64,000 nt of DNA from contig JBAXXQ010000001.1 in assembly GCA_037127795.1 (NCBI GenBank), forward strand, positions 335,505 through 399,504. Direction: 5' to 3'. The position numbers were made by a program, and so were the translations under genes. The notes beneath the pieces were generated by a model. That model did no database searches and was not told the origin of the DNA. It worked only from the letters and a program-made list of their open reading frames with translations. This DNA is from a bacterium. Its GTDB lineage: Bacteria > Patescibacteriota > Minisyncoccia > Phycocordibacterales > UBA9973. Positions 9,133-19,409 of the stretch are shown piece by piece (position 1 is the first letter of the stretch; each line of letters opens with the position of its first letter).

Positions 9133-9864
9133 ATGGAACAAAAATTATTTCGCAATCCTACAGTGGTAGTTGGTATTATTTTAGGGGTAAGTCTCTTGCT
9201 TGCTGCAGGAGTTGGGGCATGGGTAGTTTTGAAGGTTCGGGACGCAAATGATGTGATATCTGTGACAGGTTCTGCAAAAGTAGATGTTACTGCTGATCAG
9301 GCAAAATGGACTACACAAGTGACTCGTACTGTTCGTGAAAGTGCACTCAAGACAGGCTATGCACAGATCGCAAGTGATACAGAAAAAGTACAAGCATTTT
9401 TTGTTGCACAAGGAATCACTACTGATGAATTTACTATCAATCCAGTTTCTATGATGGAGGTGTATCAGCAAAATGTCTCTGCAGAAAAATTATATACACT
9501 CACGCAATCATACACAGTACAATCTGCTGATGTTGCAAAAATAAAGACTGCTTCAAGTCATATTGCAGATGTGATAAATCAAGGAGTTATTTTTTCTACT
9601 AATGCACTCAATTACAATTACATAAAACTTCCTGATGTTCGCGTAAGTTTACTTGGTGATGCTATCGCAGATGCAAAAGCTCGTGCAAATGAGCTCGCAC
9701 AAAGTTCTGGTAAAAAGGTTGGTACATTGAAGTCTGCTTCAAGTGGGGTAGTACAAGTACAGTCTCGTAATTCAACAGATGTGTCTGATTATGGATCATA
9801 CGATACTTCACAGATAGAAAAACAAGTAACAGTAACAGTAAAAGCAGTATTTGGGCTTAAATAA
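9133..9864 (+). CDS. SIMPL (DUF541) domain protein
   Basis: ISVTGSAKVDVTAD...AIADAKARANELAQSSG...VTVTVKAVF. Confidence 0.9.
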   Translation: MEQKLFRNPTVVVGIILGVSLLLAAGVGAWVVLKVRDANDVISVTGSAKVDVTADQAKWTTQVTRTVRESALKTGYAQIASDTEKVQAFFVAQGITTDEFTINPVSMMEVYQQNVSAEKLYTLTQSYTVQSADVAKIKTASSHIADVINQGVIFSTNALNYNYIKLPDVRVSLLGDAIADAKARANELAQSSGKKVGTLKSASSGVVQVQSRNSTDVSDYGSYDTSQIEKQVTVTVKAVFGLK

Positions 9865-9866
9865 CT

Positions 9867-10622
9867 ATGAAGTATTTGGTGTATTGTTTACTAGGAATAT
9901 TGGCTAGTGTGTCTGTAGTATTTGCTGCAGCACCTGCAGATTCTTTTGATATTGTCCCAAGTACGGCATTGCCAGGCGAGACAGTCTCATTGCAAGCACT
10001 TATCTATAACGCAGAAAAATCTGATATTACGTATACGGTAGTATTTTCTACACCAACAAAAGTAATTAGTACACAGCAGACAAGTGTTCCTAGTCTTGGT
10101 GCAAAAACTATTAAAGCAAATTTTGTAATACCAAAGACCGTAGATAGTGTGAGCGCAACTATAAAAAAAGCAGTTACCAAAACAGGTACACATATTACAT
10201 CTCTAGAAAAACCTATCGGTACACTCAGTGTTGGTCCTGCAACAAGTGCACAACTTCCAGGGTTTTTACAATCAGTACAAAAAGTCCCTATGATTGGTGC
10301 GGTGTATACTACGGTAGATAATTTTCGTGCACAGCAAATTGAATACTTCACTGCTATTCGAGATGGTGCAAAAATCCGTATAGGATCTTCTATAGACACA
10401 CTCGCTGGTGGGGTCATTGATAAAGGGCTCAATGCTGCAACAGGATCTACAACGGCTACTACGACAGATGCGAATGCAAATACAGGATCTTTTGTTGATT
10501 ATGCAACATACATCTTTTCTGCTATGCTAGTGCAACTATTTAGCAGTCAACCAATGTTTTATGTAGTACTCGGATTACTTATTATTGTTGTCCTCCGAGC
10601 TATATTTAGAAGAGTATTTTAA
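9867..10622 (+). CDS. exported membrane-anchored hypothetical protein
   Basis: signal peptide (VFA), Ig-like segment, C-terminal TM. Confidence 0.7.
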   Translation: MKYLVYCLLGILASVSVVFAAAPADSFDIVPSTALPGETVSLQALIYNAEKSDITYTVVFSTPTKVISTQQTSVPSLGAKTIKANFVIPKTVDSVSATIKKAVTKTGTHITSLEKPIGTLSVGPATSAQLPGFLQSVQKVPMIGAVYTTVDNFRAQQIEYFTAIRDGAKIRIGSSIDTLAGGVIDKGLNAATGSTTATTTDANANTGSFVDYATYIFSAMLVQLFSSQPMFYVVLGLLIIVVLRAIFRRVF

Positions 10623-10625
10623 GAT

Positions 10626-11816
10626 ATGAAATTTGTAATAGAGAAAAAAGTTGCAGGAACTCTTGCGCGTGCAGGAAGTATTGAGACACCACACGGTACT
10701 ATACAGACACCTGCATTTGTGACTGTCGGTACAAAAGCGACTGTCAAAGCGCTCACTCCAGAACATATACGAGAATTGCGTGCGCAGGTAGTACTTGCAA
10801 ATACCTATCACCTATATTTACAACCTGGACCAGATATTGTCGCTATGGCAGGAGGTTTTGGAAAATTTATGGGATATTATGGACCTACTATGACAGACTC
10901 TGGAGGATTTCAAGCGTTTTCTCTCGGTGCTGCATATGGTTCATCAGTGAGCAAGGTTGCGACAGGTGAAGCAAAAGGAAATAAGACTGAGATTGAAAAT
11001 TTTAATGGCAAAAAACAAATGGCGCGTATTACTGACGAAGGGGTAGAATTCAGATCATTCCTCGATGGTAGTAAGCATTTTTTTACTCCTGAGCGCTCAA
11101 TGGAAATACAATGGAAACTTGGTGCAGATATGATTTTTGCATTTGATGAATGTACCAGTCCACATGCGGATTTCAATTATCAAAAGCGGGCATTGGCTCG
11201 TACCTATAGCTGGGCTGAGCGTTGTATTGCACGCCACGAAGAGCTCGATACAGAGCACGTACAAGCATTGTTTGGTGTGGTGCAAGGGGGACGCTTCAAA
11301 GAGCTTCGTGAGGAGGCTGCGCGCACTATAGGGGCATTACCGTTTGATGGGTTTGGTATTGGTGGATCATTTAATAAAGAAGATCTTGGTAGTGCGGTAG
11401 GGTGGGTAAATGCTATTTTACCAGAAGAAAAACCTCGCCACTTGCTTGGTATTGGAGAACCACTCGATCTCTTTGATGCAGTAGAGCAGGGGTGTGACCT
11501 CTTTGATTGTATTGCGCCGACGCGTATGGGTCGCCATGGTAGTCTCAATACACAAACCGGGAAAATAAATATTCGTAATAAAAAATTTACTACAGATTTT
11601 TCTCCTATTGAAAAAGATTGTACCTGCTACACCTGTACGCACCATACACGCGCGTATCTTGCACACTTGTTCCGTGCCGATGAAATGCTCGCAGGGACAT
11701 TGGCATCAATTCATAATGTACACTTTTTGCTCAGACTAGTAGAGCGCATGCGCGAAGCGATACTCAATGATACATTTTTGGAATTCAAAAAAGAGTTTAT
11801 TGCAAACTATAGATAA
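10626..11816 (+). CDS. tgt: tRNA-guanine transglycosylase
   Basis: ANTYHL, TDSGGFQ, FDEC, CTCYTC...HN zinc site. Confidence 0.96.
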   Translation: MKFVIEKKVAGTLARAGSIETPHGTIQTPAFVTVGTKATVKALTPEHIRELRAQVVLANTYHLYLQPGPDIVAMAGGFGKFMGYYGPTMTDSGGFQAFSLGAAYGSSVSKVATGEAKGNKTEIENFNGKKQMARITDEGVEFRSFLDGSKHFFTPERSMEIQWKLGADMIFAFDECTSPHADFNYQKRALARTYSWAERCIARHEELDTEHVQALFGVVQGGRFKELREEAARTIGALPFDGFGIGGSFNKEDLGSAVGWVNAILPEEKPRHLLGIGEPLDLFDAVEQGCDLFDCIAPTRMGRHGSLNTQTGKINIRNKKFTTDFSPIEKDCTCYTCTHHTRAYLAHLFRADEMLAGTLASIHNVHFLLRLVERMREAILNDTFLEFKKEFIANYR

Positions 11817-12869
11817 TTACTCAATAGTTCTTTCTATTGTTGCGTCGATAAGGATAGGGTCGATTTCGTTGGTGGTGCCGGTAATACGGAGTACGTCTTT
11901 GTCTACCTTGCGAAGCTCTTTTGATGCGGTGTTGTAGTGGTTTACGACAGTTGAGAGGGTGGTCCCGATTTTGTTGTGATACTCTTCGTGCGCTTTCAAA
12001 TGTTTACCAAGCTCTTCGACGCGTTTCTTTATCTCTTTTGCACTTTCTTCTATTTGTAATGCTTTGAGTCCTTGAAGTACTGTTTGTAAATATGCGAGGA
12101 ATGAAGTAGGAGAAACAATGATTACTTTGTATTTACTTGCGGCGCGCTGGATAAGATTTTCTACTCCTTCACCAGATCCGACAGTCCCTACGAGTAGGTC
12201 ATAATAAATCGCTTCATGAGGGATAAACATAAATGCAAATTCCATAGTGCCATTTTCTGGTTGAATATATTTTGCTGTTTCGACAATACGATTTTTGAGG
12301 TCATTTTCAAATATTTTTGCGAGATCTTTTTTGCGAGCTGGTTCACGCTCTTCTGCCATGCGATTATAATTCTCTAGAGAGAATTTTGAATCGATAGGGA
12401 TTATTTTATCTTTTACAAAAACTACTGCGTCGACAATGTTACCATCAGGAAATGCGTATTGCATTTGATAGCTTGCAGGAGGAAGTACGTTTTTGAGGAG
12501 TGTTTCAAGATAGTATTCGCCGAGGATACCGCGCTGTTTTGGATTTTTCAAAATATCTTGAAGTTGGGCGAGCCCTTCTGCAAAGCCAAGCACTTGCTTG
12601 TTGCCCTCATCGAGACGAGCGAGACGCTCAGTAATATCGCCAATAATTTGTGCGCTTTGATTTGATTGGTGCATCATACTTTCACGCATAGATTTTTCTG
12701 AGTCGCCAAGTTTTTGATCTACGGTCTTTTGAAGCTCTTGCACTTGCTGCATGAGGAGAGAAAAGCCGGTTTGTGCGGTATCTTGTACAGGAGCTTGTTT
12801 TTTGTTAGTTAAAAAATATACGACACCGCCCCCAATGAGTATTCCAAGTATGATAAGTATTGTTTCCAT
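11817..12869 (-). CDS. rmuC: DNA recombination protein RmuC
   Basis: N-terminal TM, NPKQRGILGE, PIDSKF, FMFIPHE, VSPTS. Confidence 0.93.
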   Translation of the reverse strand: METILIILGILIGGGVVYFLTNKKQAPVQDTAQTGFSLLMQQVQELQKTVDQKLGDSEKSMRESMMHQSNQSAQIIGDITERLARLDEGNKQVLGFAEGLAQLQDILKNPKQRGILGEYYLETLLKNVLPPASYQMQYAFPDGNIVDAVVFVKDKIIPIDSKFSLENYNRMAEEREPARKKDLAKIFENDLKNRIVETAKYIQPENGTMEFAFMFIPHEAIYYDLLVGTVGSGEGVENLIQRAASKYKVIIVSPTSFLAYLQTVLQGLKALQIEESAKEIKKRVEELGKHLKAHEEYHNKIGTTLSTVVNHYNTASKELRKVDKDVLRITGTTNEIDPILIDATIERTIE

Positions 12870-12974
12870 GGGGTATATTGTACTAAAAATACGAGATTTA
12901 ATCTCTATTGACTTTATAGAAAAATAGTATAAAATATGTAAAAAATTTCCTTACACAAAAAAACAGTAATAATT

Positions 12975-13793
12975 ATGAAAAAGATTCTTTTTGCGACGAT
13001 ATGTTCGCTATGTTTCTTATTTTCTTTTGGAAATATCGTAAAGATAGTTCCAAGTATAGAAAAGGTAAACCTCAATAAATATTATTTTGTTGAGAGGTAT
13101 TATTGCATAGATAGTATGCCATATCTTCTTGATAAGGGTGATACCTTATATGAAGCTGGTGTAGAAAATACTATCTACAAAAAAGTGGTAGATAGTATTA
13201 CTGTATCACAAGAAGCTGTACCATTTTTTGATACATTTCTTCTTAAAAAACTTTATGCAAATCCTGGGGTAAAAATGAAAGTTAATGAAAAGGATACATT
13301 ATTCTTCTCAAATTTCTTTTTGTCTTGGAACAGAAAGCATACCTATTCAGAATTAGTTTTTGATAAAAAGACTAAGCAGGTAAGTATTGATTTCTGTAAT
13401 TCATCAACAGATGATTATTCATTTTTTATCTGTATTGCGTATTTGTTCGGTATTTTTGGATCAGCTATCTTTTTAGTAAAAAGAAAGAATGTTATTGATT
13501 ACCATGAACTTGATAAAATGGGTTGGTTCTGGGAATTCATGGCATTAGGATTTCTCGCTAATATGATACTTTTCTTCATACCTATATTAGTAGCAAGGTA
13601 TTTTGTTCCAAAAGAACTTTCTACTGTGGTAGTGAATAATGGCTTAGGATTTTTTGTTCTTATTTTTACAGGGCTTGGTATATTTTTGGCATTTTATATA
13701 AAATACTGTGCTTTGGAAAAAGTTGGTAAATTAGACAAAAATCCGGAAGAATCTGTAAAAGAAAAAAACTATGGCAGTGGTGCTGCTTGGTAA
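12975..13793 (+). CDS. exported protein with three C-terminal TMs (AT-rich cassette)
   Basis: signal peptide MKKILF...SFG; TTGACT (12908) promoter; terminator 13796-13832. Confidence 0.7.
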   Translation: MKKILFATICSLCFLFSFGNIVKIVPSIEKVNLNKYYFVERYYCIDSMPYLLDKGDTLYEAGVENTIYKKVVDSITVSQEAVPFFDTFLLKKLYANPGVKMKVNEKDTLFFSNFFLSWNRKHTYSELVFDKKTKQVSIDFCNSSTDDYSFFICIAYLFGIFGSAIFLVKRKNVIDYHELDKMGWFWEFMALGFLANMILFFIPILVARYFVPKELSTVVVNNGLGFFVLIFTGLGIFLAFYIKYCALEKVGKLDKNPEESVKEKNYGSGAAW

Positions 13794-13795
13794 AC

Positions 13796-13832
13796 AAAAA
13801 AGCGGTTTGTTGTAAACAACAAACCGCTTTTC
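13796..13832. terminator. bidirectional terminator
   Basis: AAAAGCGGTTTGTTG-TAAA-CAACAAACCGCTTTT between convergent genes. Confidence 0.85.
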
Positions 13833-14582
13833 TTATGCCTTGAGATAATATTCGAGTGTATAAATCCAGTCTTCGTCATCTGGATTATTTTTTTTCTTTT
13901 CATCAAGGAGCCATTGAAAATATCCTTTATCGCTTGCAACATCAACAACCTTTTGATCACGATATTTTCCAAAGCCAAACTTACTCATAAGTGATGGGCG
14001 ACTAGATACTTCAAGCATTTCTTGTAATGCAGCTTTTTCATCACCATTGTGTCGATCAATAAACTTTTTTTCTAAACGGGGGAATAATGCTTCGAGGACG
14101 AGTACATCGCCGAGCGCATCGTGCGCTGTTGCTTCTATATCTATATCGAGTTTGTATCGCAAATATTGGAGCTTGTATTGAGGGAGTGCGTTTTCTGTGT
14201 CGAGAAATCGTGCCAGGCGAAGCGTACAAATAAAATGACTTGGGACGATATCTTCTTTGGCGAGCATACCAAGATCAAATTTTGCATTGTGTGCTATTGC
14301 GATAGAGTCTGGATCTTCAAAAAGTGCTTTTATATCTCTATAGCATGGCGCACTTTTGAATTCAGGCATATCTGCAACATGTTTGTTGGTGATATGGGTG
14401 ATAGCACTTGCTTCTGGGGGGATAGGAATGAGTGGTTTGAATAATTCACAAAAAGTCTCTGATTCAGCAGAATCATGTCGCGCAGTGTCCATTGAAGCGC
14501 GACTGGTCTTGTATGCGAGCTGGCAAATATAATCTCCAGGGGTATTGCCAGTGGTTTCTGTATCAAAAAAAATCTTTTTCAT
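13833..14582 (-). CDS. DEDDh 3'-5' exonuclease (ExoX-like)
   Basis: FFDTETTG, AHNAKFD, AHDALGD motifs; C-terminal FGKY...YFQWL. Confidence 0.9.
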   Translation of the reverse strand: MKKIFFDTETTGNTPGDYICQLAYKTSRASMDTARHDSAESETFCELFKPLIPIPPEASAITHITNKHVADMPEFKSAPCYRDIKALFEDPDSIAIAHNAKFDLGMLAKEDIVPSHFICTLRLARFLDTENALPQYKLQYLRYKLDIDIEATAHDALGDVLVLEALFPRLEKKFIDRHNGDEKAALQEMLEVSSRPSLMSKFGFGKYRDQKVVDVASDKGYFQWLLDEKKKNNPDDEDWIYTLEYYLKA

Positions 14583-14667
14583 ATAGTATAAGTGTATCAC
14601 AGTATATAGAGGTACTTTTATTTGACAAAATAATATATTTTGGTATTATAATAAAAAAATATTTTTT

Positions 14668-14994
14668 ATGAATAAACAATATATTGTTTTTTGTTTCCAC
14701 AATATCATTAAAGAATTCGATACGAGCGTCATTCTTATTACAGACAATCTTGTACAAGCGGTAGATACAGTGCAAAGGGTTGAAAAGCTCGGGTACGACT
14801 TGGTCAAAGCAGAATCATATGCTGCTGTTGCAGAGATGGTTCCAGGGAAAGTGTATACCAAAAAAGAGTGGGATAATTTGTCTACTGGTCCCAAAGTGTG
14901 CACATATCACTATTTTGGAGGCAACTTACGACTTAAATGGCATTGCATCAAAACACATGAAGAATATCTTCAAAAGACTAATTCTGAAAAATAA
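14668..14994 (+). CDS. hypothetical protein (AT-rich cassette)
   Basis: TTGACA (14622) promoter; terminator ATGCAGAGG/CCTCTGCAT at 15003-15030. Confidence 0.65.
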   Translation: MNKQYIVFCFHNIIKEFDTSVILITDNLVQAVDTVQRVEKLGYDLVKAESYAAVAEMVPGKVYTKKEWDNLSTGPKVCTYHYFGGNLRLKWHCIKTHEEYLQKTNSEK

Positions 14995-15062
14995 ACTAAT
15001 TAATGCAGAGGGTAAAATCCTCTGCATTTTTGTATATAGACTAAAATGCTATACTCATATAT

Positions 15063-15524
15063 ATGATATCCACAGAAATACGAGAACAATTGAAACAAGC
15101 AATGCGAGACAAAGACCAAGCAACTCTCGACGCACTTCGCGGTGTGATGAGTGCGTTTACCAATGAATTGGTTTCTTCTGGAAAAACTCCTCAAGATGAA
15201 GTGACCGATGATATAGCACTCAAGGTAATACTCCGTACTATCAAGCAACGTCGCGACGCTATAGAGCAATTTGAAAAAGCAGGACGCACAGATCTCGCAG
15301 ATGCAGACAAATTGCAACTTGCAGTACTAGAAAAATTTCAACCAGCACAAATGAGTGAAGCGGATATTACCACTATCGCTACTGCAAAAAAGCTCGAGCT
15401 CAATGTCACTGATAGTGCAAAGATAGGTATTCTCGTAGGTGCTGTTATGAAAGAAATTACTGCACGTGGTGAGAGTGCTGATGGTGCTGTGGTAAAAAAA
15501 GTTATCGAACAATTATTTATCTGA
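15063..15524 (+). CDS. GatB/YqeY domain protein
   Basis: LKQAMRDKD...KQRRDAIEQFEKAGRTDLA. Confidence 0.92.
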   Translation: MISTEIREQLKQAMRDKDQATLDALRGVMSAFTNELVSSGKTPQDEVTDDIALKVILRTIKQRRDAIEQFEKAGRTDLADADKLQLAVLEKFQPAQMSEADITTIATAKKLELNVTDSAKIGILVGAVMKEITARGESADGAVVKKVIEQLFI

Positions 15525-15537
15525 TATAATACAAATT

Positions 15538-15870
15538 ATGATTTTACTTAGATGGTTTATTACAACGCTCGCAATATTCGCTCTTCCGTATTTTGTTACT
15601 GGTATCTCTGTAGGTAGTGTGCTCACTGCGGTGATTGTCGCTGCGACGCTCGCATTCCTCAATATGGTAGTGAGACCTATCATTGTGATACTCACATTGC
15701 CACTCAATATTCTCACGCTTGGACTTTTTTCTCTTATTATAAATGGTGCATTCTTTTGGTTTGTCGGACAAATCATCAAAGGCTTTACTGTAAATTCTTT
15801 TATGAGTGCGGTGATTGGTGCACTGGTGATATCTGTTATCAACTGGATCGTTAGTAAGTTTATTGATTAA
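15538..15870 (+). CDS. YvlD/DUF360 4-TM membrane protein
   Basis: NMVVRPIIVILTLPLNILTLGLFSLIING. Confidence 0.9.
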   Translation: MILLRWFITTLAIFALPYFVTGISVGSVLTAVIVAATLAFLNMVVRPIIVILTLPLNILTLGLFSLIINGAFFWFVGQIIKGFTVNSFMSAVIGALVISVINWIVSKFID

Positions 15871-15873
15871 TTT

Positions 15874-16932
15874 ATGATATATACAGACACACAGCTCTCT
15901 CTATTTCGAGAGGAATTTTGGAATTATATAGAACAAGGGGATACTATTGTCATTACTGCGCATATTTCACCAGATGATGATTCTATCGGCTCAGTACTCG
16001 CGACATACACTATACTCACTGCAAAATATCCACAAAAAAATATTTCTATTATCTACACTGCAGAAAAATTGGAGAAATATACTATTTTTCATAATTTCGA
16101 TAAGATAGTTTTTGTTTCTGATATTAGTGAACACCTTGCAGGAGTAGATACACTTATCACACTCGACGTGTGCGGCTTTGCTCGTGTATCAAAAAATCCA
16201 GAAGTACTTCGTAGTGTACCAGTGCGTCTTTGTATAGATCACCATGGCTCAATGCCAGATGATTTTACGTGTGGGCTTATTGTACCAGCATATTCTTCAA
16301 ATTCTGAGCTTGTATATACTGCACTCGAAGGAGAAAAATATTTGGATAAAAATCTTGCAGAAATAGTAATGCTCGGTATTCTCGGCGATACAGGCAATCT
16401 CACTCATATAGACGCAGGGCAGACGCAAGTATTTAGTATTGTAAAAAAACTTGTTGAAGTGGGAGATATTCGTATTGATAGTTTTCTTTCTCGCTATCGT
16501 ACTATTCCAAAAAACATCGTGCCGCTTTTGCAAGAATTTGTAAAAAATACTACCTATGCAAATATAGAAAATTGGCCAAGTCTACAATATAGTTTTGTTA
16601 ATAGGGACTTTATGGAAAAAAATAATTTCTCAGATGAAGATATGTCTGCTGCAAGTCATATCTATATGGGGCAATATTTACCACGAATAGAAAATCAGCA
16701 ATGGGGATTTGTGTTTTCTCCGCGCAATGATGGTGGAGTCCGTATGTCTAGTCGCTCGCTTAGTGGCAGTGTAAATGTACGAGTGTTTAGTGAAGCGCTC
16801 GGTATTGGTGGCGGGCACGATAGAGCAAGTGGTGCAAACTTCAAACCAGAAAATGATGAAAAAATACAAGTCGCTCCATGTATCGAAAAAGTCTTGGAAT
16901 TTATGAAAACTACCACGCCAACAATAGGATAG
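15874..16932 (+). CDS. DHH family phosphoesterase (NrnA-like)
   Basis: HISPDDDSIGS, IDHH, GILGDTG, GGGHDRASG. Confidence 0.9.
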   Translation: MIYTDTQLSLFREEFWNYIEQGDTIVITAHISPDDDSIGSVLATYTILTAKYPQKNISIIYTAEKLEKYTIFHNFDKIVFVSDISEHLAGVDTLITLDVCGFARVSKNPEVLRSVPVRLCIDHHGSMPDDFTCGLIVPAYSSNSELVYTALEGEKYLDKNLAEIVMLGILGDTGNLTHIDAGQTQVFSIVKKLVEVGDIRIDSFLSRYRTIPKNIVPLLQEFVKNTTYANIENWPSLQYSFVNRDFMEKNNFSDEDMSAASHIYMGQYLPRIENQQWGFVFSPRNDGGVRMSSRSLSGSVNVRVFSEALGIGGGHDRASGANFKPENDEKIQVAPCIEKVLEFMKTTTPTIG

Positions 16933-16934
16933 AA

Positions 16935-16971
16935 AAAATACCCTTACTTATTAATAAAGTAAGGGTATTTT
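16935..16971. terminator. bidirectional terminator
   Basis: AAAATACCCTTACTT/AAGTAAGGGTATTTT. Confidence 0.85.
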
Positions 16972-16987
16972 GATAAAAGAATAATAG

Positions 16988-18292
16988 TTAAATAGAGTAT
17001 ACAGAAAGTCTTTCTGCGAGGAACGGCAATTCTAAAAATAAATCAAATATTTCATTAGCAGAAAATAGATTTTTTTCTATAAGATATAGCATTTCGCCAT
17101 TATAAAGAGTGTACTCGTTTTTTTTAAACGATTCGATAAGGAAAGGCCTTAAGACTTCTTTTCTTATAATTTCTTTTTCAATAAAAAATAACAATAGAGA
17201 AGTTTGTGATTTTGAGAGTATATCGAACAATTCTTTTTCAGAATATTTTTTCCAATTTATTTTTTGATATAAAAAGAAAAAAGAATCTGGCTCTTGATCG
17301 GCGGAACATATTGTCGGAGCAACTTTAAAAGCGTCTTCTTCTGAAAGTTTTTTAAGAAGCTCCCAGACATCATATGAACAATCATGCCAAAAATTAGAGG
17401 TGTTAATTCGGAAACATATTTCTAATTTTTGCTGATCATTTAATTCTTCATCAAGAAAATCTTCCCAAATACCATTAGAGTTACCATTCCAAAGATTTTC
17501 ATTTTTTAAAACTTCCTCAGTAATAGATATAACCTGGTTTTTGGGAATTTTTTCTGTTCTTATTGCACTTTTCCAAACATTCCAATTTTTTGCGTTTCTT
17601 ACTATTGCCAAGATATCTTCTTTTGAAAGAGTACTATTTTCTATAATAGAAATAGATATATTTTCCGTGTAATTATACTTTTCAAGAATTGAAAATACCT
17701 CAGCCCTGCTTTTTGTTTCAAAAGAAAAAAAATGTTCTAATGTTTCCCAGTTGTGTTGGTTTGCACAAGAATATAAATCTTCCTCAGAAAAATTCTGAAT
17801 AGGGTTTGTGCCAAAAAATTCAAAAATTGTAGAACAATAAACATGTTTTTCATTTTTACACAATTCTTTAGTCTCATTTTTATCAAGATTATTCCATAAA
17901 GCTTTACACTCTTCAATCAAATTTGAAACTACCTGGTCAAATCCAGGAGTATGTTTTATTAGAATATAATAATCATACTTTGCAAATAATGAGATAATTT
18001 TTAGTACCTTAGAGTTTTCATTTTTAAATTTTATCTTAAACTCTTCTTCTAAAAAAGAATCATGTAAGAACTCGGTTGAAAAGCGGGTGTCTTTTATCAA
18101 ATAAAATAATTCGCTTATTTGAATAAGTGAAAAGTTTTTGAGAAAGTTTTTATTTTCTTTGTAAAAATAAAAAACATCACTGAAAAGCTCTTTTGAATTT
18201 TCTCTAGATGATTTTAACCCTGTAATAATTTTTTCAGGATCAAGGCCTCCTTGTTTGATAAGATGCAGAAAAATACTATTGCTAATTTTCAT
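16988..18292 (-). CDS. helical-repeat hypothetical protein (AT-rich cassette)
   Basis: long AT-rich ORF with recurring N/W-containing helical units; TTGACT (18361-18366)-17-TAATAT promoter. Confidence 0.7.
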   Translation of the reverse strand: MKISNSIFLHLIKQGGLDPEKIITGLKSSRENSKELFSDVFYFYKENKNFLKNFSLIQISELFYLIKDTRFSTEFLHDSFLEEEFKIKFKNENSKVLKIISLFAKYDYYILIKHTPGFDQVVSNLIEECKALWNNLDKNETKELCKNEKHVYCSTIFEFFGTNPIQNFSEEDLYSCANQHNWETLEHFFSFETKSRAEVFSILEKYNYTENISISIIENSTLSKEDILAIVRNAKNWNVWKSAIRTEKIPKNQVISITEEVLKNENLWNGNSNGIWEDFLDEELNDQQKLEICFRINTSNFWHDCSYDVWELLKKLSEEDAFKVAPTICSADQEPDSFFFLYQKINWKKYSEKELFDILSKSQTSLLLFFIEKEIIRKEVLRPFLIESFKKNEYTLYNGEMLYLIEKNLFSANEIFDLFLELPFLAERLSVYSI

Positions 18293-18411
18293 ATTTATTT
18301 GTTTTAAGGAACACGACATTGTGCCCTATTTGTTTATATATTAGCATATTTTTATATAAAAGTCAAGTACTTATATCTTTTATATAGAAAACCTGGTATA
18401 GTGTATAGATT

Positions 18412-19383
18412 ATGGCATTCTTAGATGAAATTACAATAAAAGCAGTAGCAGGAAAGGGGGGCGATGGTGTCGTTCGTTGGAGACGTGAAAAATTTATCCC
18501 TAAGGGTGGTCCAAGTGGTGGCGATGGAGGTCGCGGCGCAGATGTATATATCCGTGCGGTCCGCAGTCTTCGTGTGCTCGATCAATACCGAGGTAAAAAA
18601 GAATTTTTTGCTGAAAATGGGGGGTCTGGTGATCACAAAAGTCTCACTGGTGCAAATGGAAAAGATTTGCGTATAGATTTTCCTATTGGATCTGTAGTGA
18701 CCAATATTACTACGGGGGTTGTATGGGAGCTTACTAAAGAAGGACAAGAAGTTCGTATTTTGCGTGGAGGGCAAGGTGGCCACGGTAATGAACATTTCAA
18801 AAGTTCTACCAATCAAACACCACAAGAAGCAACACTCGGGAAAGAAGGCGAAAGCTGTGAGCTTCATATAGAAGTTTCTCTTATTGCAGATGTGGGGCTT
18901 CTTGGTTTTCCTAATGCAGGAAAATCTTCTCTTCTCAATGCGCTTACCAATGCAGAAGCAAAAATCGGCGACTACCCATTTACTACTATCGATCCAAACT
19001 TAGGTGATCTCTACGGCTATATCATTGCAGATATTCCAGGTATTATCGAAGGAGCAAGTGCTGGTAAAGGACTTGGGCATACTTTTTTGCGACACATCAC
19101 AAAAACAAAAGTATTGTTGCACCTTGTTTCTTTTGAGCAACAAAATATGATGAAAGCATATGAGACTATTCGTGATGAATTAGGAAAATACAATCCTGCA
19201 CTTTTGGAAAAAGAAGAAATTATTTTGTTAACAAAAACTGATATTGTAGAAGATATGGTGGTGGATGTTATGCGGGCAAAATTTGAAAAGCTTGGTAAAA
19301 AAGTTTTCACTATTACTTTGTTTGACGAAGCAGGGGTAAAAAACTTCAAAGATTCACTCGTACTTTTACTTAAGAATGCATAA
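18412..19383 (+). CDS. obgE: GTPase Obg
   Basis: Gly-rich Obg fold, [22 protein letters not shown]. Confidence 0.96.
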   Translation: MAFLDEITIKAVAGKGGDGVVRWRREKFIPKGGPSGGDGGRGADVYIRAVRSLRVLDQYRGKKEFFAENGGSGDHKSLTGANGKDLRIDFPIGSVVTNITTGVVWELTKEGQEVRILRGGQGGHGNEHFKSSTNQTPQEATLGKEGESCELHIEVSLIADVGLLGFPNAGKSSLLNALTNAEAKIGDYPFTTIDPNLGDLYGYIIADIPGIIEGASAGKGLGHTFLRHITKTKVLLHLVSFEQQNMMKAYETIRDELGKYNPALLEKEEIILLTKTDIVEDMVVDVMRAKFEKLGKKVFTITLFDEAGVKNFKDSLVLLLKNA

Positions 19384-19409
19384 ATAAAAAAATGATATAG
19401 AATAGGTAT

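Noticed and set aside
15538-15870. Prophage holin
   Set aside because: The YvlD/DUF360 family is a common chromosomal membrane protein; no phage genes nearby
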